Below are positions 27,901 to 43,044 of a stretch of 64,000 nucleotides of DNA, one piece after another. The DNA comes from the human T2T-CHM13v2.0 reference genome, Homo sapiens: assembly GCF_009914755.1 (NCBI RefSeq), contig NC_060937.1. One strand, written 5' to 3'. The stretch's first letter is position 1; each line of letters begins with the position of its first letter. The position numbers and the translations under genes are program-made. Under the pieces are notes generated by a model. The model was not told where the DNA came from and did not search any database. It worked only from the letters and a program-made list of their open reading frames with translations.

Positions 27901-30753
27901 TGTGGGATTGGTTTTATGAACTGTTGGATGACTTTATGTTAATATTCAAAGCCCGTCCAAATACCCTACGGAACATGTGATTTTCAGGATAATTCTCTTG
28001 GATTCTCTACGATATTCATTCCATATTCTTTGATATTTTAAAATTTTGATTATGTTATTAATCATCCTAGTCAACTTGGGTTAAAATGCTGTTCTAAAGC
28101 CATTAATAAAAGTACTCAGACTGTGGTGCTTCAACAAGCCAGATGCTGACCAGGTACTCATGAGTACTTCCAATAACAGAGGTAATATTTTCATTCTTCA
28201 TGATTATCTCACAATGCCTCTCCTCAGCATGAAGCAATCAAAGAGATCTTTAACCTAATTCCCTGGAACTGATAAATAGAAACGGGGGACTTAAAACAGG
28301 CCCAATTGTCCCATAGAACTGATGTTTACAGTGTTTTAAAATAAACATAGAAATGGACTCTCCCGGTCCTAAAGCTTAAAACTTACATTTGTCTTACCTG
28401 AGTTTCTTCCTCGGAAAACCAACCCTCAGGCCTTCCAGATAGTATCAGTGAGCTGAAACTCCCTAGATCACTATATTCAGACAGTGAAAAACAAGACCCA
28501 TATCTTTCATGATTTTCTTACCCCTCCCTAATTCCTGTTTACCTGCATGTAGTTACATTCCTTTCCTTCTATATAAACTCACTATTAGAGTTGCTCAGGG
28601 AGACTGATTTGAGACTGATCTTTCATCTCTTTTGCTGCAGAAACCAAATAAAGCCTTCTTCTCTGGAAATACTCATTGTTTCAGTGATTGGCTTTTTGCG
28701 AGGTGAGCAGCAGGACCTAGACAGAGCCCCTTGCATTTTGGTAACAATTGCTTGATATTTCTACTTTGATATGTATGAGACACCTCAAAACTCCTGTGTC
28801 CTAAGGAAAATCTCCTAAACGGCAACATCTTTGAATCCTTCAGCCTTCTCCATTTAATTAATGCTTTCACCAGTCAGTTGTTCAGGGTTGAAAACTGTGA
28901 GTTAACTTCCTAACAAGTCTCACTTCTTCTCAACTCCCCTACAATTTCCTCTTGTCATTTCATGTAGAGTAATAACTTTATAGCACAAATCAGTACATGT
29001 TACATGCTTAAAATGCACCAAGAAATTTTGACTGAAATTGAAATATGAATCCTTTTCTATGACATGTATGACCCTGTATTACCTGGACCTTACCTCTTTC
29101 TCTGCTTTTATATAGCAATACTGTTACCTAATTCCCAACCAACTCAGAATTACTTTAAAAAATTGGCCCTCAAAGATGCCAAAGATGCCAATAAAGCTAT
29201 CTTTATTTTACTTTTGAGCCATTGCACTGGCAATTAATTCTGCTCAGAATGATTTTCTGTAGAGATTCCTATTGCTAGGCCTTTTCAAATAAGCTAAACT
29301 GGCTTCCAACCAACCTCTCCAGATAAAGCACACTTCTTCCCCATTACTCCCTATTCATCTCATTGACTTTTAAACTTTTTTCCATAGAACTGATCATTCT
29401 CTGAAGTCACTTTTTATTTATGGTATATTTGACACCATATAAGATTTAGTATCCAAAATGCAGGTATTGTTGCATAGCTCTAGGGTAAGATATTTCCAAG
29501 TTATTTATATGTGATTTGTGTGTCATGGCAGTGTGGACTGTGGGTTACTTCCTTAATTGGAGTATCTGTCTTGTACTCCATTCTAATACTAAGGCCTTGG
29601 GCTTGCTGACACATAGTAGATCAGATGTTCATTAATAGAAATGAATGAATAAGAGGGTTTCTAAAGATACATTGATCTTGTTACTTAGGTACAGTGTAGT
29701 ATAATGAGAGTATTGTGTTCTCTAGGTTGAAAGTCAGCATGTGAAATTCTAATTTAACCTAAATGTTCATTGATTTATAACATTCATCTAAAGACTCAAA
29801 AGATTTGCTTGTTGTGACTTACCTGTTATCAGTAATGTCTCTATTGTAAAAAAATTGTGACTAATAGGCTTCCTTAAATAATTATTGAGGAAAAAGAAAG
29901 GATTGGCTACACATGTCTTTTAATAAACTGAGTAGTTATGAAAGACAATCAAATAATGCTTAATTAATTTAATCAACAGGAAACAATAAGTCACATGTAG
30001 ACTATGTGCTATTTTTCATTCTCTAGAAAACAAACATTACCATGCTTGGCTTTGATACAGAACCTTGGGAGCCTTCACCTTCTGCGGGGCATTCCAAAGA
30101 CATTATTTAGCATTCCTATCCTCCATGGATAATTAGAGGACCATCAAATACTCTGTGTTACATGATGCAGTTGTAAGGCAACTTGTACAGCAACCTGAGC
30201 CTCAACTCTTTTATATACCATCCCATTCCTTCAGGTGAAATCTTCTACATCCCCATGGTGTGTAGGCTGTTGGGTTTGTTTTATTTTTTTGTCTTTTTTT
30301 TTTTTTTTTTTTCCTGACCAGGGCTTGCACTTCCCCACTCTATGCTGAGAACTGATTCTTATAAATCTGGATGCTAACATATAAAGTCAGCAGATATTGA
30401 AAACAACATCATCATCTTTTAAGACACATGCTATAGACCAGGTCATTTCATGAGGCCTCCTGACCAGCAGAGTTCAGGAAAATTTAGGTTTTCAATATTT
30501 TCAATCCTTTTATCCCAAATATTGCCAGTTTTTTATCACAGTCCCATTCTTTCCTTATAAAGGTCGAGACATACCAAGACTGTGTGTTGAGTCTTCACTG
30601 CAGTGTTTCCAAACTTGTAACCATTATCTTCGGCCTGATTTTCAGCCTAATCTTTCTAGTGGTTACAGTAGTTAAAATTGCTTTTAATACTACCAAGGAA
30701 TTCGTGAGATATTTATAGCACCCTTAAGGTCGAAGAAAAATCTGTCCTGAGCG

Positions 30754-30800
<47 letters not shown>
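30754..30800. repeat. (CT)n(GT)n compound microsatellite
   Basis: Seen directly. Confidence 0.95.
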
Positions 30801-30802
<2 letters not shown>

Positions 30803-31933
30803 TTGTTCAAGGTCTCCAAATTTGTCAAATTTGTCAAAACAGACACCCCATATGACATTTCTTATAATTATCATTCCTCTATACAAAACAAGTTTAGTCA
30901 CCTTCTGACTTCTTACACTGCATCTGAACTTCTTCCTGATTAAGCACTGCTGAAAGCCTTAGTAAATATGATACCAACAAATTCCAGGGATTATTACTTG
31001 CCCTAATTACCCACAGAAATATATCTCTATTGACTTCAGATCAATGGTAAGTGCAAGGCTAAAATCTCATTCTGGGGATTTATTTATAGGACCACTAATG
31101 TAACCAATTATCTTATCAAAGATTCTTTTGAAAATCTACCCACAAGTATAGCATATGTATATGTATGATTATATATATATAAGGGGTGAGAGGTGGTAGA
31201 AGGATTGCTGCATTACCAGGACAACAAGGCTGAGAGAATAAATATGAGGAAGGTGGGAAGGAAGGAGAGGAAGAAATATATGTTAGTGAATAACCATCCA
31301 TCAATTCACAAGGAATACAGGGCTTGCTGAGTTGCAAAGGCATCCCTTAACAGGATGTTTGGAGTCACTACGTCTGGAATTGTCCATTTAGGTATTAGAG
31401 AAAGTGAATCAAGCTGTTTATCTGGCTAACTCCTTTATGTCACCTGTATTTTATTGTTACAGTTTGCCTCAATGGGTTGAACACCCCCACATTTGTGACC
31501 TGTATTAATTTGCCCTGTCTGGCATTCACTGGAAAAGTCAGGGTCTGCCTGGTTCCAACTGAGCTGGACCTGGGTACTGAAGTTGATGAGCTGCGAACGT
31601 AACAGGTACAATGGTGACCATGATAAAAGTCAGCCCTTGTTCTTAAGAAAGCTTGAAACAACCCTCTGGGGACTAGGGAGGTAGTAAGGTTGGTAAGGGA
31701 AGAAGTATATCCTGGATATTCATTCTACTAATATTATATTACAACTTTATTTTTTAAATATATATTTTTTAATTTTAATCTATTTTTTATATTATACAAA
31801 TATATGATCTGTGTTTGTAGAAGTATACCAATGACATACACAATATTCCAATTACAAAATATTTATTTTTCCTTTTCCTCTGAACCATTATTAATATTAC
31901 TTTTTTCCAAAAAAAAAAAAAAAAAAAAAGATG

Positions 31934-32345
<412 letters not shown>

Positions 32346-32806
32346 TCAGATCAGATGATTGTTCTAATATGGTCACATTTACAGGAGTAGCTGACATTTC
32401 TTGAACCATGCTTCCAACTTCATAATTCAGAGATTATTGTAGCCCTGCTCAAAAGTCTTATTCAGTTGTTGGGTGTATCCATCAAATATGACCTCACATA
32501 TAGTCTTCCTTCACCCTTAATGATATCTAGTGCACAGATTTCCAGTTCACAATGCTTATTTCCCTTGAAGTTAAGTGCACCCTGACTCTGAACATGGAGC
32601 TGTCAGTGAAAAAGCTGCATCTCTGCCAAGGGTGCAAGCTGCAGCTGGCCTAGTTGTCCAAGTTGCAACGGAGCCCTCATTTAGCTAAACCATACTGAGT
32701 TTCAACCAGAAGTGATTAAAATGTTTCACCATATGTCTACATTTTGCTATTTAAGAGTATTTTCTTTTTCCTTATCTCATATATTACATTGTAAAAGAAG
32801 CCCTAA

Positions 32807-33223
<417 letters not shown>

Positions 33224-34917
33224 CCCTGAAGACATTTTCAAACTCCTCCTTTGTAAAGAAAAACAGCATTTAAAACAACATTTGAAAATTTACTACTTAT
33301 GGGATGAATCTGCATTTCATCATTTATGCTCAGATATGCTTGATTCACGTTTAGGCACAAGCGTGTGTCCCTGCTGCCTACAATTTATCAAACATGTTTA
33401 TAGAATAATTTTTGCATTCTACTTCTGCTGGCAGAGCTGTGTGTTCCAGTTGTATCACAACAGATTGACAACAACTTTAAGGGAAGATCAACTCTGTTAG
33501 ACAGGTATAGAGGCAAGCAATTGGTAACACACATCTCTAAATTAAAAATGTCAGGATTACAGAGCTCTCTTATATAAGCACTGCAATATATTATGTAATA
33601 TTATATTTTCTTATGTAAAATTATTTAAGATAGCTTTGATTTAAAATTTAAACAGTTTACTCTGCATTAATTTTTTTGTCTTTAAGATATTTTATTAAGA
33701 AAAACATTTTAAATGTATATAACAGTAGGTAGAAAAATTTAAAAAACAACAAAAAACACAGACATAAATCACTTGAGTTAAAAAGCTCTCAACTTATAGA
33801 CAATCTTGTTTTACGTATATACTCAACCATTTGTTCTCCATCCCCATTACATTCCTAAAAATTTAGTAAGCACCACTAAAAGATAAAGTTTTATTTAAAA
33901 AATATAAACACAATATCATTAGCACAGTTTAAAAAATTAATTAAAATGTCTTATCAAATATCAATTTAATGTTCAAATGCATAAGTGTAAATTTTGATCA
34001 AGTGAATATATGATTTGTAACTCATATTTTTAATTTATAAAAAAATTTATTTGCTTCACTGTGTTTTAGTAGTCATTATTTTTAACTTAAATCCAAATGA
34101 CATAGCTCCACTGCACACTAAAATGTTCCATAATATATTTACTTACACCTAAATATGTTTAAATGTTGGAAATTTACATTATTACATTATTCTTTCACAT
34201 GTCAATGAAAGAGTGATATATTATTAAATTACATACAACTTTTATTTATATGAAATGCTAAGAATATGGGATATTGATTTTTTTGGATAATTTCATTTGC
34301 ATAAAATCATATGCAAATTCTAATTTTACATGTTGGGAATTGAACTTCATGTAGTGAGTAGTAAAATTTAGAGAGATAAATATATGTTGTATAAGCACAT
34401 TTGATTAAACTTTTTAATATCATATTCTATACTATTGGTAGATAATATGCACTAATAGCCAGATGTCAATTCTAATAGTTCATTCTTGATTAGAAGGTAA
34501 TAGTACCATTCAGAAATGAAAATTAGTTAAGAAAAGCACTTTGTGTATGCACGTCACACATGCACACAATTTATTTAATTTTTCTGAGGATTTTCTCTGC
34601 CTTTTTTAAAAAATTGAGTTTGTATTTTACAGCTGCTTTTGCATGACTGTCAGCACTGCCATCCAAAGTAAGTAGAGAAAATAAAGAAACATGAGGAATG
34701 ACCACGTGGTGCTTAATCGCTAGCCAGGTCTATATTAAAAATTGACAATAAGACACTATCAAATTTAATATTCACTGTTTTGTAAAGAGGTCCCTTTTTT
34801 ATCTTGATATCTTCCAATAAAGTACTTTTTGTGTTACTGAGAAATATATTTTAAGTCATTCAAACCATTATTTTTCACCTGCCTAATCTATGACTGACAC
34901 CAAGTTATACGTATTGG

Positions 34918-35085
34918 ATTGCTGGGCGTGGTGGTGCACGCCTGTAATTCCAGCTACTATTCCAGAGGTCAAGGCATGAAAATCGCTTGAACCTCAGAGG
35001 CGGAGTTTGCAGTGAGCCAAGATGGCACCACGGCACTCCAGTCTGGGGAAAGGAGCCAGACTCTCTCTCAAAAAAAAAAAAAAGA
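34918..35085 (+). mobile_element. Alu right-monomer fragment
   Basis: GCTGGGCGTGGTGGTGCACGCCTGTAAT...CTCAAAAA. Confidence 0.88.
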
Positions 35086-35091
35086 AGGTGG

Positions 35092-35391
35092 GGCCGGGTG
35101 CGGTGGCTCACGTCTGTAATCCCAGCACTTTGGGAGGCCGAGGCGGGCGGATCACGAGGTCAGGAGATCGAGGCCATCCTAGCTAACATGGTGACACCCC
35201 GTCTCTACTAAAAATACAAAAAATTAGCTGGGCGAGGTGGCGGGCGCTTGTAGTACCAGCTACTCAGGAGGCTGAGGCAGGAGAATGGCGTGAACCCAGG
35301 AGGCGGAGCTTGCAGTGAGCCGAGATCACACCACTGCACTCCAGCCTGGGCAACAGAGCGTGACTCCATCTCAAAAAAAAAAAAAAAAAAA
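35092..35391 (+). mobile_element. AluY inserted at the tail of the preceding Alu
   Basis: GAGATCGAG.CCATCCT.GCTAAC and GAGAATGGCGTGAACCC. TSD ends in AAGGTGG on both sides. Confidence 0.94.
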
Positions 35392-35405
35392 GGTGGGGGG
35401 AATCC

Positions 35406-35484
35406 CTAGGCTGGTGCAAAAGTGATTGTGGTATTTGCCATTGCTTTTAATGGAAAAACTGCAATTACTTTTGCACCAACCTAA
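35406..35484. mobile_element. MADE1 MITE (Hsmar1 mariner derivative), palindromic
   Basis: TAGGCTGGTGCAAAAGTGATTG ... CAATTACTTTTGCACCAACCTAA followed by TA. Matches the 80-bp MADE1 consensus. Confidence 0.93.
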
Positions 35485-35556
35485 TATATGTTATTAAATT
35501 CAGTTGTGGGAATACAAAGCTTGTATTTGATGAAATCTAAGGGATAAGCCAACTCC

Positions 35557-35558
<2 letters not shown>

Positions 35559-35602
<44 letters not shown>
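35559..35602. repeat. (CA)n microsatellite
   Basis: About 22 CA units. Confidence 0.97.
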
Positions 35603-35605
<3 letters not shown>

Positions 35606-36242
35606 CTGGTTTCTCAGTCTCTGAATAGTGGTACAGTATTGAAAAGTGATAACTTCTGTGTAGCACCTCTTCATCACCATTTTTTTAATGGATAGATATT
35701 TTACATGCACAGGCATACACAATATAGAAACTATTTATTTGTGGATCAGTATTTTATAAATAACTTGTAGTAAATATAAGCATGATTTGTAGTAACTCAT
35801 GATAAATTTATTTTTGACTAGTTTTAAATATATCACAGTTAAATCCATGTTTATACTACCCATAACAATAAGCTGTATTAGTACTTAGAATCCAGGAATC
35901 ATTTCCTTTTTATGAAAACTTGGAATTCCGATTTTTTAGAAACTTTAATAAAATTCTCATTAGTGTTAAATTTAGTAGCCTATAAGTCACTTTTGATAGA
36001 CCCTGTACTTAAACCAATGAGTCTTAGTTTTTTTCTTTAATTGTTGTCAGTCAAAACCTCATTAATCATCCCTTGTAGATAAAATTTGCACAATACTCCT
36101 GTCAGATTTTCATATTAATTAAAGAATCTGTTATGCAGCTCACATGCTGAAGATGGGGTAGAGTTTACCAATTCATATACTGAGGTGAGGATACAAAAGA
36201 CCAGGCAGCTCTGCTCTAAAGATTACTTTGGAATGGATCTTG

Positions 36243-36476
36243 AGAAAAGGTGAAAGGCAGTTTAAAATGATGAACGATTATCATTGAAAACATACATGGC
36301 AGATATGATAAAACAAAGGTCCAAATACTGTTCTTTCATTATAGAATCAAAGAATATGATACAAATTAATAATTAACTATTTTAGGGTTTAAAATGTTGT
36401 CAAATTATAAATATTAATCTGAAAATAATGAAAAAATGGTTTTAAGTAATACATATGCTAGTAGAAAAGACACTGT
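36243..36476 (+). repeat. Donor copy of a 234-bp local duplication (second copy 38879-39116)
   Basis: AGAAAAGGT.AAAGGCAGTTTAAAATGATGAA ... GTAGAAAAGACACTGT present twice. About 11 substitutions and one 4-bp indel. Confidence 0.96.
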
Positions 36477-36849
36477 ACAACAAGCAAATTAACTTCCACA
36501 TGCACACAAGAACTAAGATTTCACTGAAATAGTAAATTTTGAAAGTATCAGAGTGTTACATTAGCTCCTAAACATGGCTACTTTATATCCTGAGAGTATA
36601 ACTTACAGTGCTGAAATTCAGGCACATCTTATACATAAATAGTTATCACCAGGGCGATTGGATGATGTATTTTCTTTTCTTTTCAGAAAATGCATATGCA
36701 GCTATAAAGACGTCATATTTACCCAGTGTGAATACCTTTCAATATATTTCAAAGCAGAGACAAATTTATAAAAGTAAAGCTTATAGTTGCTATACGGAGC
36801 AGGAATTTCACTAGCACAAATTCAAACCAGAGCCTTTCATTTTTATTCC

Positions 36850-37030
36850 TTACCATGTGCCAAGCAACATTTTAATATCCATCATTTAATCTTTACAAAA
36901 ATGCTATGAAGTCAATAATATTAGTGTTCCCAGTTTAGAGAGAAAGCAACTAAGAAATAGAGTTGTTAAGTAATTCTCCCCACAGTGATGATTTGCATCT
37001 ATGTAATCTGAGTGCAGAGGATGCTATTAG
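36850..37030 (-). mobile_element. MIR
   Basis: ACCATGTGCCAAGCA...CATTTAATCTTTACAA...CCCAGTTTAGAGAGAAAGCAACTAAG core. Confidence 0.65.
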
Positions 37031-38107
37031 TATCTATGTTTAGCTGCTTTCCCAAAATAACAGACATTTTAATTGAAAGAGGACCTGATGCTCAACAACC
37101 AAAGTAACTTTTAACTATTTACAAAGAGAAATAACATTTCCTCCAAATACCTTCATACTACTAAAATTTTAGAGATGAGGCAAAATGATGTACAGATTTT
37201 AATAGCACACAAAAGAGTTACGTGTACTAATTTTGGGATAAAATTGTCAGTGAAAATGTTTTGAATACTATAAGAATATTGTCGAAGATTAGCCATGAGT
37301 TTATAGAGCTATATTTAATGCAAAGTTTGTTTTTAACTTTTAAGTTCAGGGGTATATGTGCAGGCTTGTTACATAGATAGACTTGTGTAATGTCTATCTG
37401 TATAGGGGTTTCCTATACAGATTATTTAATCACCCAGGTAGTAAGCTCAGTACCAATTGGTTACTTTTTCTGATCTTCTCCCTCCTCCCACCCCCCACCC
37501 TGCAATAGGCCCTAGTGTGTGTTGTTCCCCTCTATGTATCCATGTGTTCTCATCATTTAGCTCCCACTTACAAGTGAGAACATGCAGTATTTGGTTTTAT
37601 CTTTCTGCCTTAGTTTGCTAAGGCTAATGGCCTCCAGCTCCATCCATGCACCTGCAAAGGATGCGATCTCATTCTTTTCTAAGCTGCATGGTACTCCATG
37701 GTGTATATATTCCACATATACAGATTTTCTTCATCCAGTCTATGATTGATGGGTGTTTGGATAGATTCCACTGTCTTTGCTATTGTGAATAGTGCTGAAG
37801 TGAACATACACATGTAAGTGTCTTTATAGTAGAACAATTTATATTCCTTTGGGTATATACCCACTAATGGGATTGCTTGGATGAATGGTATTTCTGTCTT
37901 TAGGTCTTTAAGAAATTGCCACAGTGTCTTCCACAAGGGTTGAACTAATTTACACTCCCATTAGCAGGTGTATAAGTGTTCCTTTTTCTCCACTACCGCA
38001 CCAGCATCTGCTGTTTTTTGGTTGTTTAATAATAACCATTCTGACTGGTGTTAGATGGCATCTTATTGTGGTTTAGATTTGCATTTCTCTAATATCAGTA
38101 ATGTTAA

Positions 38108-38481
<374 letters not shown>

Positions 38482-38645
38482 TGTATTTTTTTGGATGCAT
38501 GGTTTGCAAAAAATTTTCTTCCATTCTGTAGGTCATCTGTTTACTTTGTTGGTAATTTCTTTTGCTGTACAGAAACTCTTTAGTTTAATTAGATTCAATT
38601 TGTCAGTTTTTGCTCTTCTTGCTATTGCTTTTGGCATCTTTGTCA

Positions 38646-38795
<150 letters not shown>

Positions 38796-38878
38796 TCATA
38801 TGGCTAGACAGTTATCCCAGCACCATTTACTGAATAGAGAATCCTTTCCCCATTGCTTGTCTTTGTCAGCTTTGCTGA

Positions 38879-39116
38879 AGAAAAGGTAAAAGGCAGTTTA
38901 AAATGATGAATGATTATCATTGAAAACATGCATGGCAGATATGATAAAACAAAGGTCCAAATACTGTTCTTTCATTATAGAATCAAAGAACATGACACAT
39001 ATTAATAATTAACTATTTTAGGGTTTAAAATGTTGTCAAAATATAAAAATTAACCTGAAAATAATGAAAAAATGGTTTCAAGTATCTAATGCATATGCTA
39101 GTAGAAAAGACACTGT
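38879..39116 (+). repeat. Templated insertion into L1 ORF2, copied from 36243-36476
   Basis: Non-L1 sequence flanked by colinear L1. About 95% identical to the upstream unique segment. Confidence 0.94.
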
Positions 39117-40756
39117 CATAGATGTGCAGTCTTATTTCTAGGTTCTCTATTCTGTTCCATTGTTCTATGTTTCTGTTCTTGTACCAGTGTCATACTATTT
39201 TGGTGACTGTTTTGGTTACTGTAACCATGTATTATAGTTTGAAGTGGGGTCGCATGATGCCTCTAGCTTTGTTCTTTTTGTGTAGGATTGCCGTGGCTAT
39301 TTGGGCTATTTTCATGTTCCATATGAATTTTAAAACAGTTTTTTCTAGCTCTATGAAGAATCTCAATGGCAGTATAATAGGAATAGCTTTGAATCTATAA
39401 ATTGCTTTGGGCAATTTAGCCGTCTTCAAGATATTGATTCTTCCTACCCATGACCATGGAATATTTTTTTCATTTGTTTGCATCATCTTTGATTTCTTTG
39501 AGTGAGCAGTGGTTTGTAGTTCTCATTGTAGAGATTTTTCACCCCCCTAGTTAGCTGTATTCCTAGGTATTTTATTCTTTTGTGGGCAATTGTGAATGGG
39601 AGCCCATTCCTGATTTGGTTCTCAGCTTGACTGTTGTTTGTTTATAGGAACACTAGTGATTTTTGAAGATTGACTTTGTATCCTGAGACTTTGCTGAAGT
39701 TGTTTATCTGCTTAAGGAGCATTTGGTAAGACTATGGGGTTTCATAGATAAAGAATAATGTTGTCTGCAAATGGATAGTTTTACTTCCTTTCTTCCTATT
39801 TGGATGCTCTTTATTTCCTTCTCTTGCCTCATTGCCCTGGCAAGGACTTCCAATACTGTGCTGGATAGGAGTGGTGAGAGAGGGCATCATTGTCTTGTGC
39901 CAGTTTTCAAGGGGAATTCTCTCTGCTATTGCCCATTCAGTATGATGTTGGCCATGGGTTTGTCAAAGATGGCTGTTATTATTGTCATGTATGTTCCTTC
40001 AATAACTGGTTTATTAAGAGTTTTTAGCATAAATAGATGTTGAATTTTATCAAAAGTCTTTTCTGCATCTGTTGAGATAATCATGTGTTTTTTGGCTTTA
40101 GTTCTGTTTACCTGATAAATCACATTTATTAATTTGTGTATATTGAACGAACATTGCATCCCAGGGATAAAGCCTACTTGATAGTAGTGGATAAGCTTTT
40201 TGATGTGCTGCTAGATTTGGTTTGCCAGTATTTTGTTGAGGAGTTTTGCATTGATGATCATCTAGGATATTAGTCTGAAGTTTTCTTTTTTTGTTGTATC
40301 TTGGTCAGATTTTGTTATCAGGATGAGGCTGGCTTCATACAATAGAATGAGTTAAAGAAGAATGCCTCATCCTCAATTTTTTTGAATAGTTTCAGAAATG
40401 GTATCAGCTCTTTTTTGTTCATCTGATAGAATTGAGCTGTAAATTCATCTGGTTCTGGGCTTTTTGTTGTTGTTGTTGTTGTTATTTGTTTGTTTGTAGG
40501 CTATTTATTACTGCCTCAATTTCAGAGCTCATTATTCATCTGTTTAGGGATTCAATTTCTTCTGGCTTGTGTCCAGGAATTTATCCATTTTTTTCTAGAT
40601 TTTCTAGCTTATGTGCATAGAGGTGTTCATAATATTCTCTGATGGTTGCATTTTTGTGGGGTTAGTGTTAATATTCTCCTTGTCATTTCTGATTCTGTTT
40701 ATTTGAATTTTCTCTTTTCTTCTTTATTAGTCTAACTAGTGGCTTATCTATTTGAT

Positions 40757-42890
40757 AGATAAGGTTTGGCTGTGTCCCCCCTCAAATCTCATGTTGAATT
40801 GTAATCCCCACATGTCATGAGAGGGACCCAGTGGGAGGTAAGTGAATCATGGGGGCAGTTTCCCCCATGCTGCTCTTGTGATAGTGAGTGACTTGTCACA
40901 AAATCTGATGGTTTGGTAAGTATCTAGCTTTCCCCTGCTGATACTCATTCTCTCTCCAGCTGCCCTGTGAAAAGGTGCCTTTCACCATGATTGTAAATTT
41001 CCTGAGGTCTCCTCAGCCACGTGGAAGTCAATTAAACCTATTTTCTTTAGAAATTCCTGTCTCTCAGGTATTTTTTTCATAACAGTGTCAGAACAAACTA
41101 ATACAGTAAATTGGTACCGACGTAGTAGGGTGCTGATACAAAGATACCCAAAAATGTGGAAGCAACTTTGGAACTAGGTAACAGGCAGAGGTTGGAACAT
41201 TTTGGAGGGCTCGGAAGAAGACAGAAAGATGTGGGAAAGTTTAGAGCTTCCTAGAGACTTGTTGAATGGCTTTGACCAAAATGCTGATAGTGAGATGAGG
41301 AACTTGTTGGGAAATGGAACAGAATTGACTATTGCTATGCTTTAACAAAGAGATTGGTGGCATTTTGTCCCTGCCCTAGAGATATGTGGAACTTTGAACT
41401 TGAGAAAGATGATGTATGGTATCTGGAGGAAGAAATTTCTATGCAGCAAAGCACTCAAGAGGTGACAGAGCATAAAAGTTTAGAAAATTTGCAGCCTGAC
41501 AATGCAGTTGAATAGAAAAATTCATTGTCTGGGAAGAAATTCAAGCCAGCTGCAGAAATTTGCATAAGTAACGAGAAGTCAAATGCTAATTGCCAAGGCA
41601 ATAGGGAAAATGTTTCCAGGGCACGTTAGAGACATTCATGGCAGCCCCTTCCATCAGAGGCATGGAGGCCTAGGAGGAAAATATAGTTTCCTGGGCCCAG
41701 TCTAGTGTCTCCCTGCCATGTGCAGCCTTAGGACCTGGTGCTCTGTGTCTCAACTGCTCCAGCTGTGGCTAAAAGGGGGCATGGTACAGCTCAGGCCATT
41801 ATTTCAGAGGATGCAAGCCCAAAGCCTTGGCAGTTTTCACATGGTGTTGGTCCTACAGGTGCACAGAAGACAAGAATTGAGGTTTGAGAACCTCCACTTA
41901 GGTTTCAGAGGATATATGGAAGTTCCTGGATGTTCAGGCAGAAGTCTTCTGCAGTGATGGTGTCCTCATGGAAAACCTCTGCTAGGGCAGTGCAGAAGGA
42001 AAACCTGGGTTAGAGCCCCCCCACAGAATCCCCACTGGAGCACTGCCTAGTGGAGCTGTGAGAAGAGGGCCACCATCCTCCAGACCCCAGAATGGTACAT
42101 CCACTGACAGCTTGCACCATGTGCCTGGAAAACCTGCAGACACTCAATGACAGTTGTGAAAGCAGCCAGGAAGGGGACAGTACTCTTCAAAGCCACAGGG
42201 ATGGTTTTGCCCAAGGCCATAGGAGCTCACCTGTTGTATCAGCATGACTTGGATATGAGACATAGAGAAGATTATTTCAGAACTTTAAGGTTTAATGACT
42301 GCCCTGTTGGATTTCAGACCTGCATGGGGCCTTGTAGCCCCTTTCTTTTGACCAGTTTCTCACTTGGAATAGATGTATTTACCCAATGCCTATATTCCCA
42401 TTGTATCTAGGAAGTTAATAACTTGGTTTTCATTTTACGTGCCCATAGGCAGAAGGGACTTGCCTTGTTTCAGATAAGACTTTGGATTTGGACTTTGGTT
42501 TAATGCTGTAATGAGTTAAGACTTTGGGGGACCATTGGGAAGGCATGATTGTGTTTCAAAATATAAGAACATGAGATTTGGGAGGGGCCAGGCATGGAAT
42601 GATATGGTTTGCCTGTCTCCCCACCCAAATCTCATCTTGGATTTTAATCCCCATAATCCCCATGTATCATAGGAGGTAGCCAGTGGGAGGTAATTGAATC
42701 ATGGGGACAGTTTCCCCCATGCTGTTCTCATGATAGCCAGTGAGTTCTCATGAGATATGATGGCTTTATAAATATCTGACATTTCCCCTGCTAGCACTCA
42801 TTCTCTCCCCTGCCACCTTGTGAAGAGGTGCCTTCCACCATGATTGTAAGTTTCCTGAGGTTTCCTCTGCCATGCAGAACTAAGTCAATA
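40757..42890 (+). mobile_element. THE1C/D-like MaLR element: 5' LTR 40757-41105, internal 41106-42599, truncated 3' LTR 42600-42890
   Basis: GATA.GGTTTGGCTGTGTCCCC...CTAATACA, then GTAAATTGGTACC internal start. The second LTR breaks off after AGTCAAT. Confidence 0.9.
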
Positions 42891-43044
42891 AAAAATGCCC
42901 TTATACATTTCAGTAAATATATGTGCCCAAGTTCAAAACAAAACAAAACAAAAACACAAAAAATTCAGGTGTAATATAACATAAGGTATGTTATAGAATT
43001 CATGAAAAAATTATGTTTATTGTATTTCATCTCAGGATGGTGAC

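Noticed and set aside
31160-31660. GC-richer patch resembling an ancient ERVL LTR (LTR16/LTR33-like)
   Set aside because: Too diverged to assign family or boundaries by eye.
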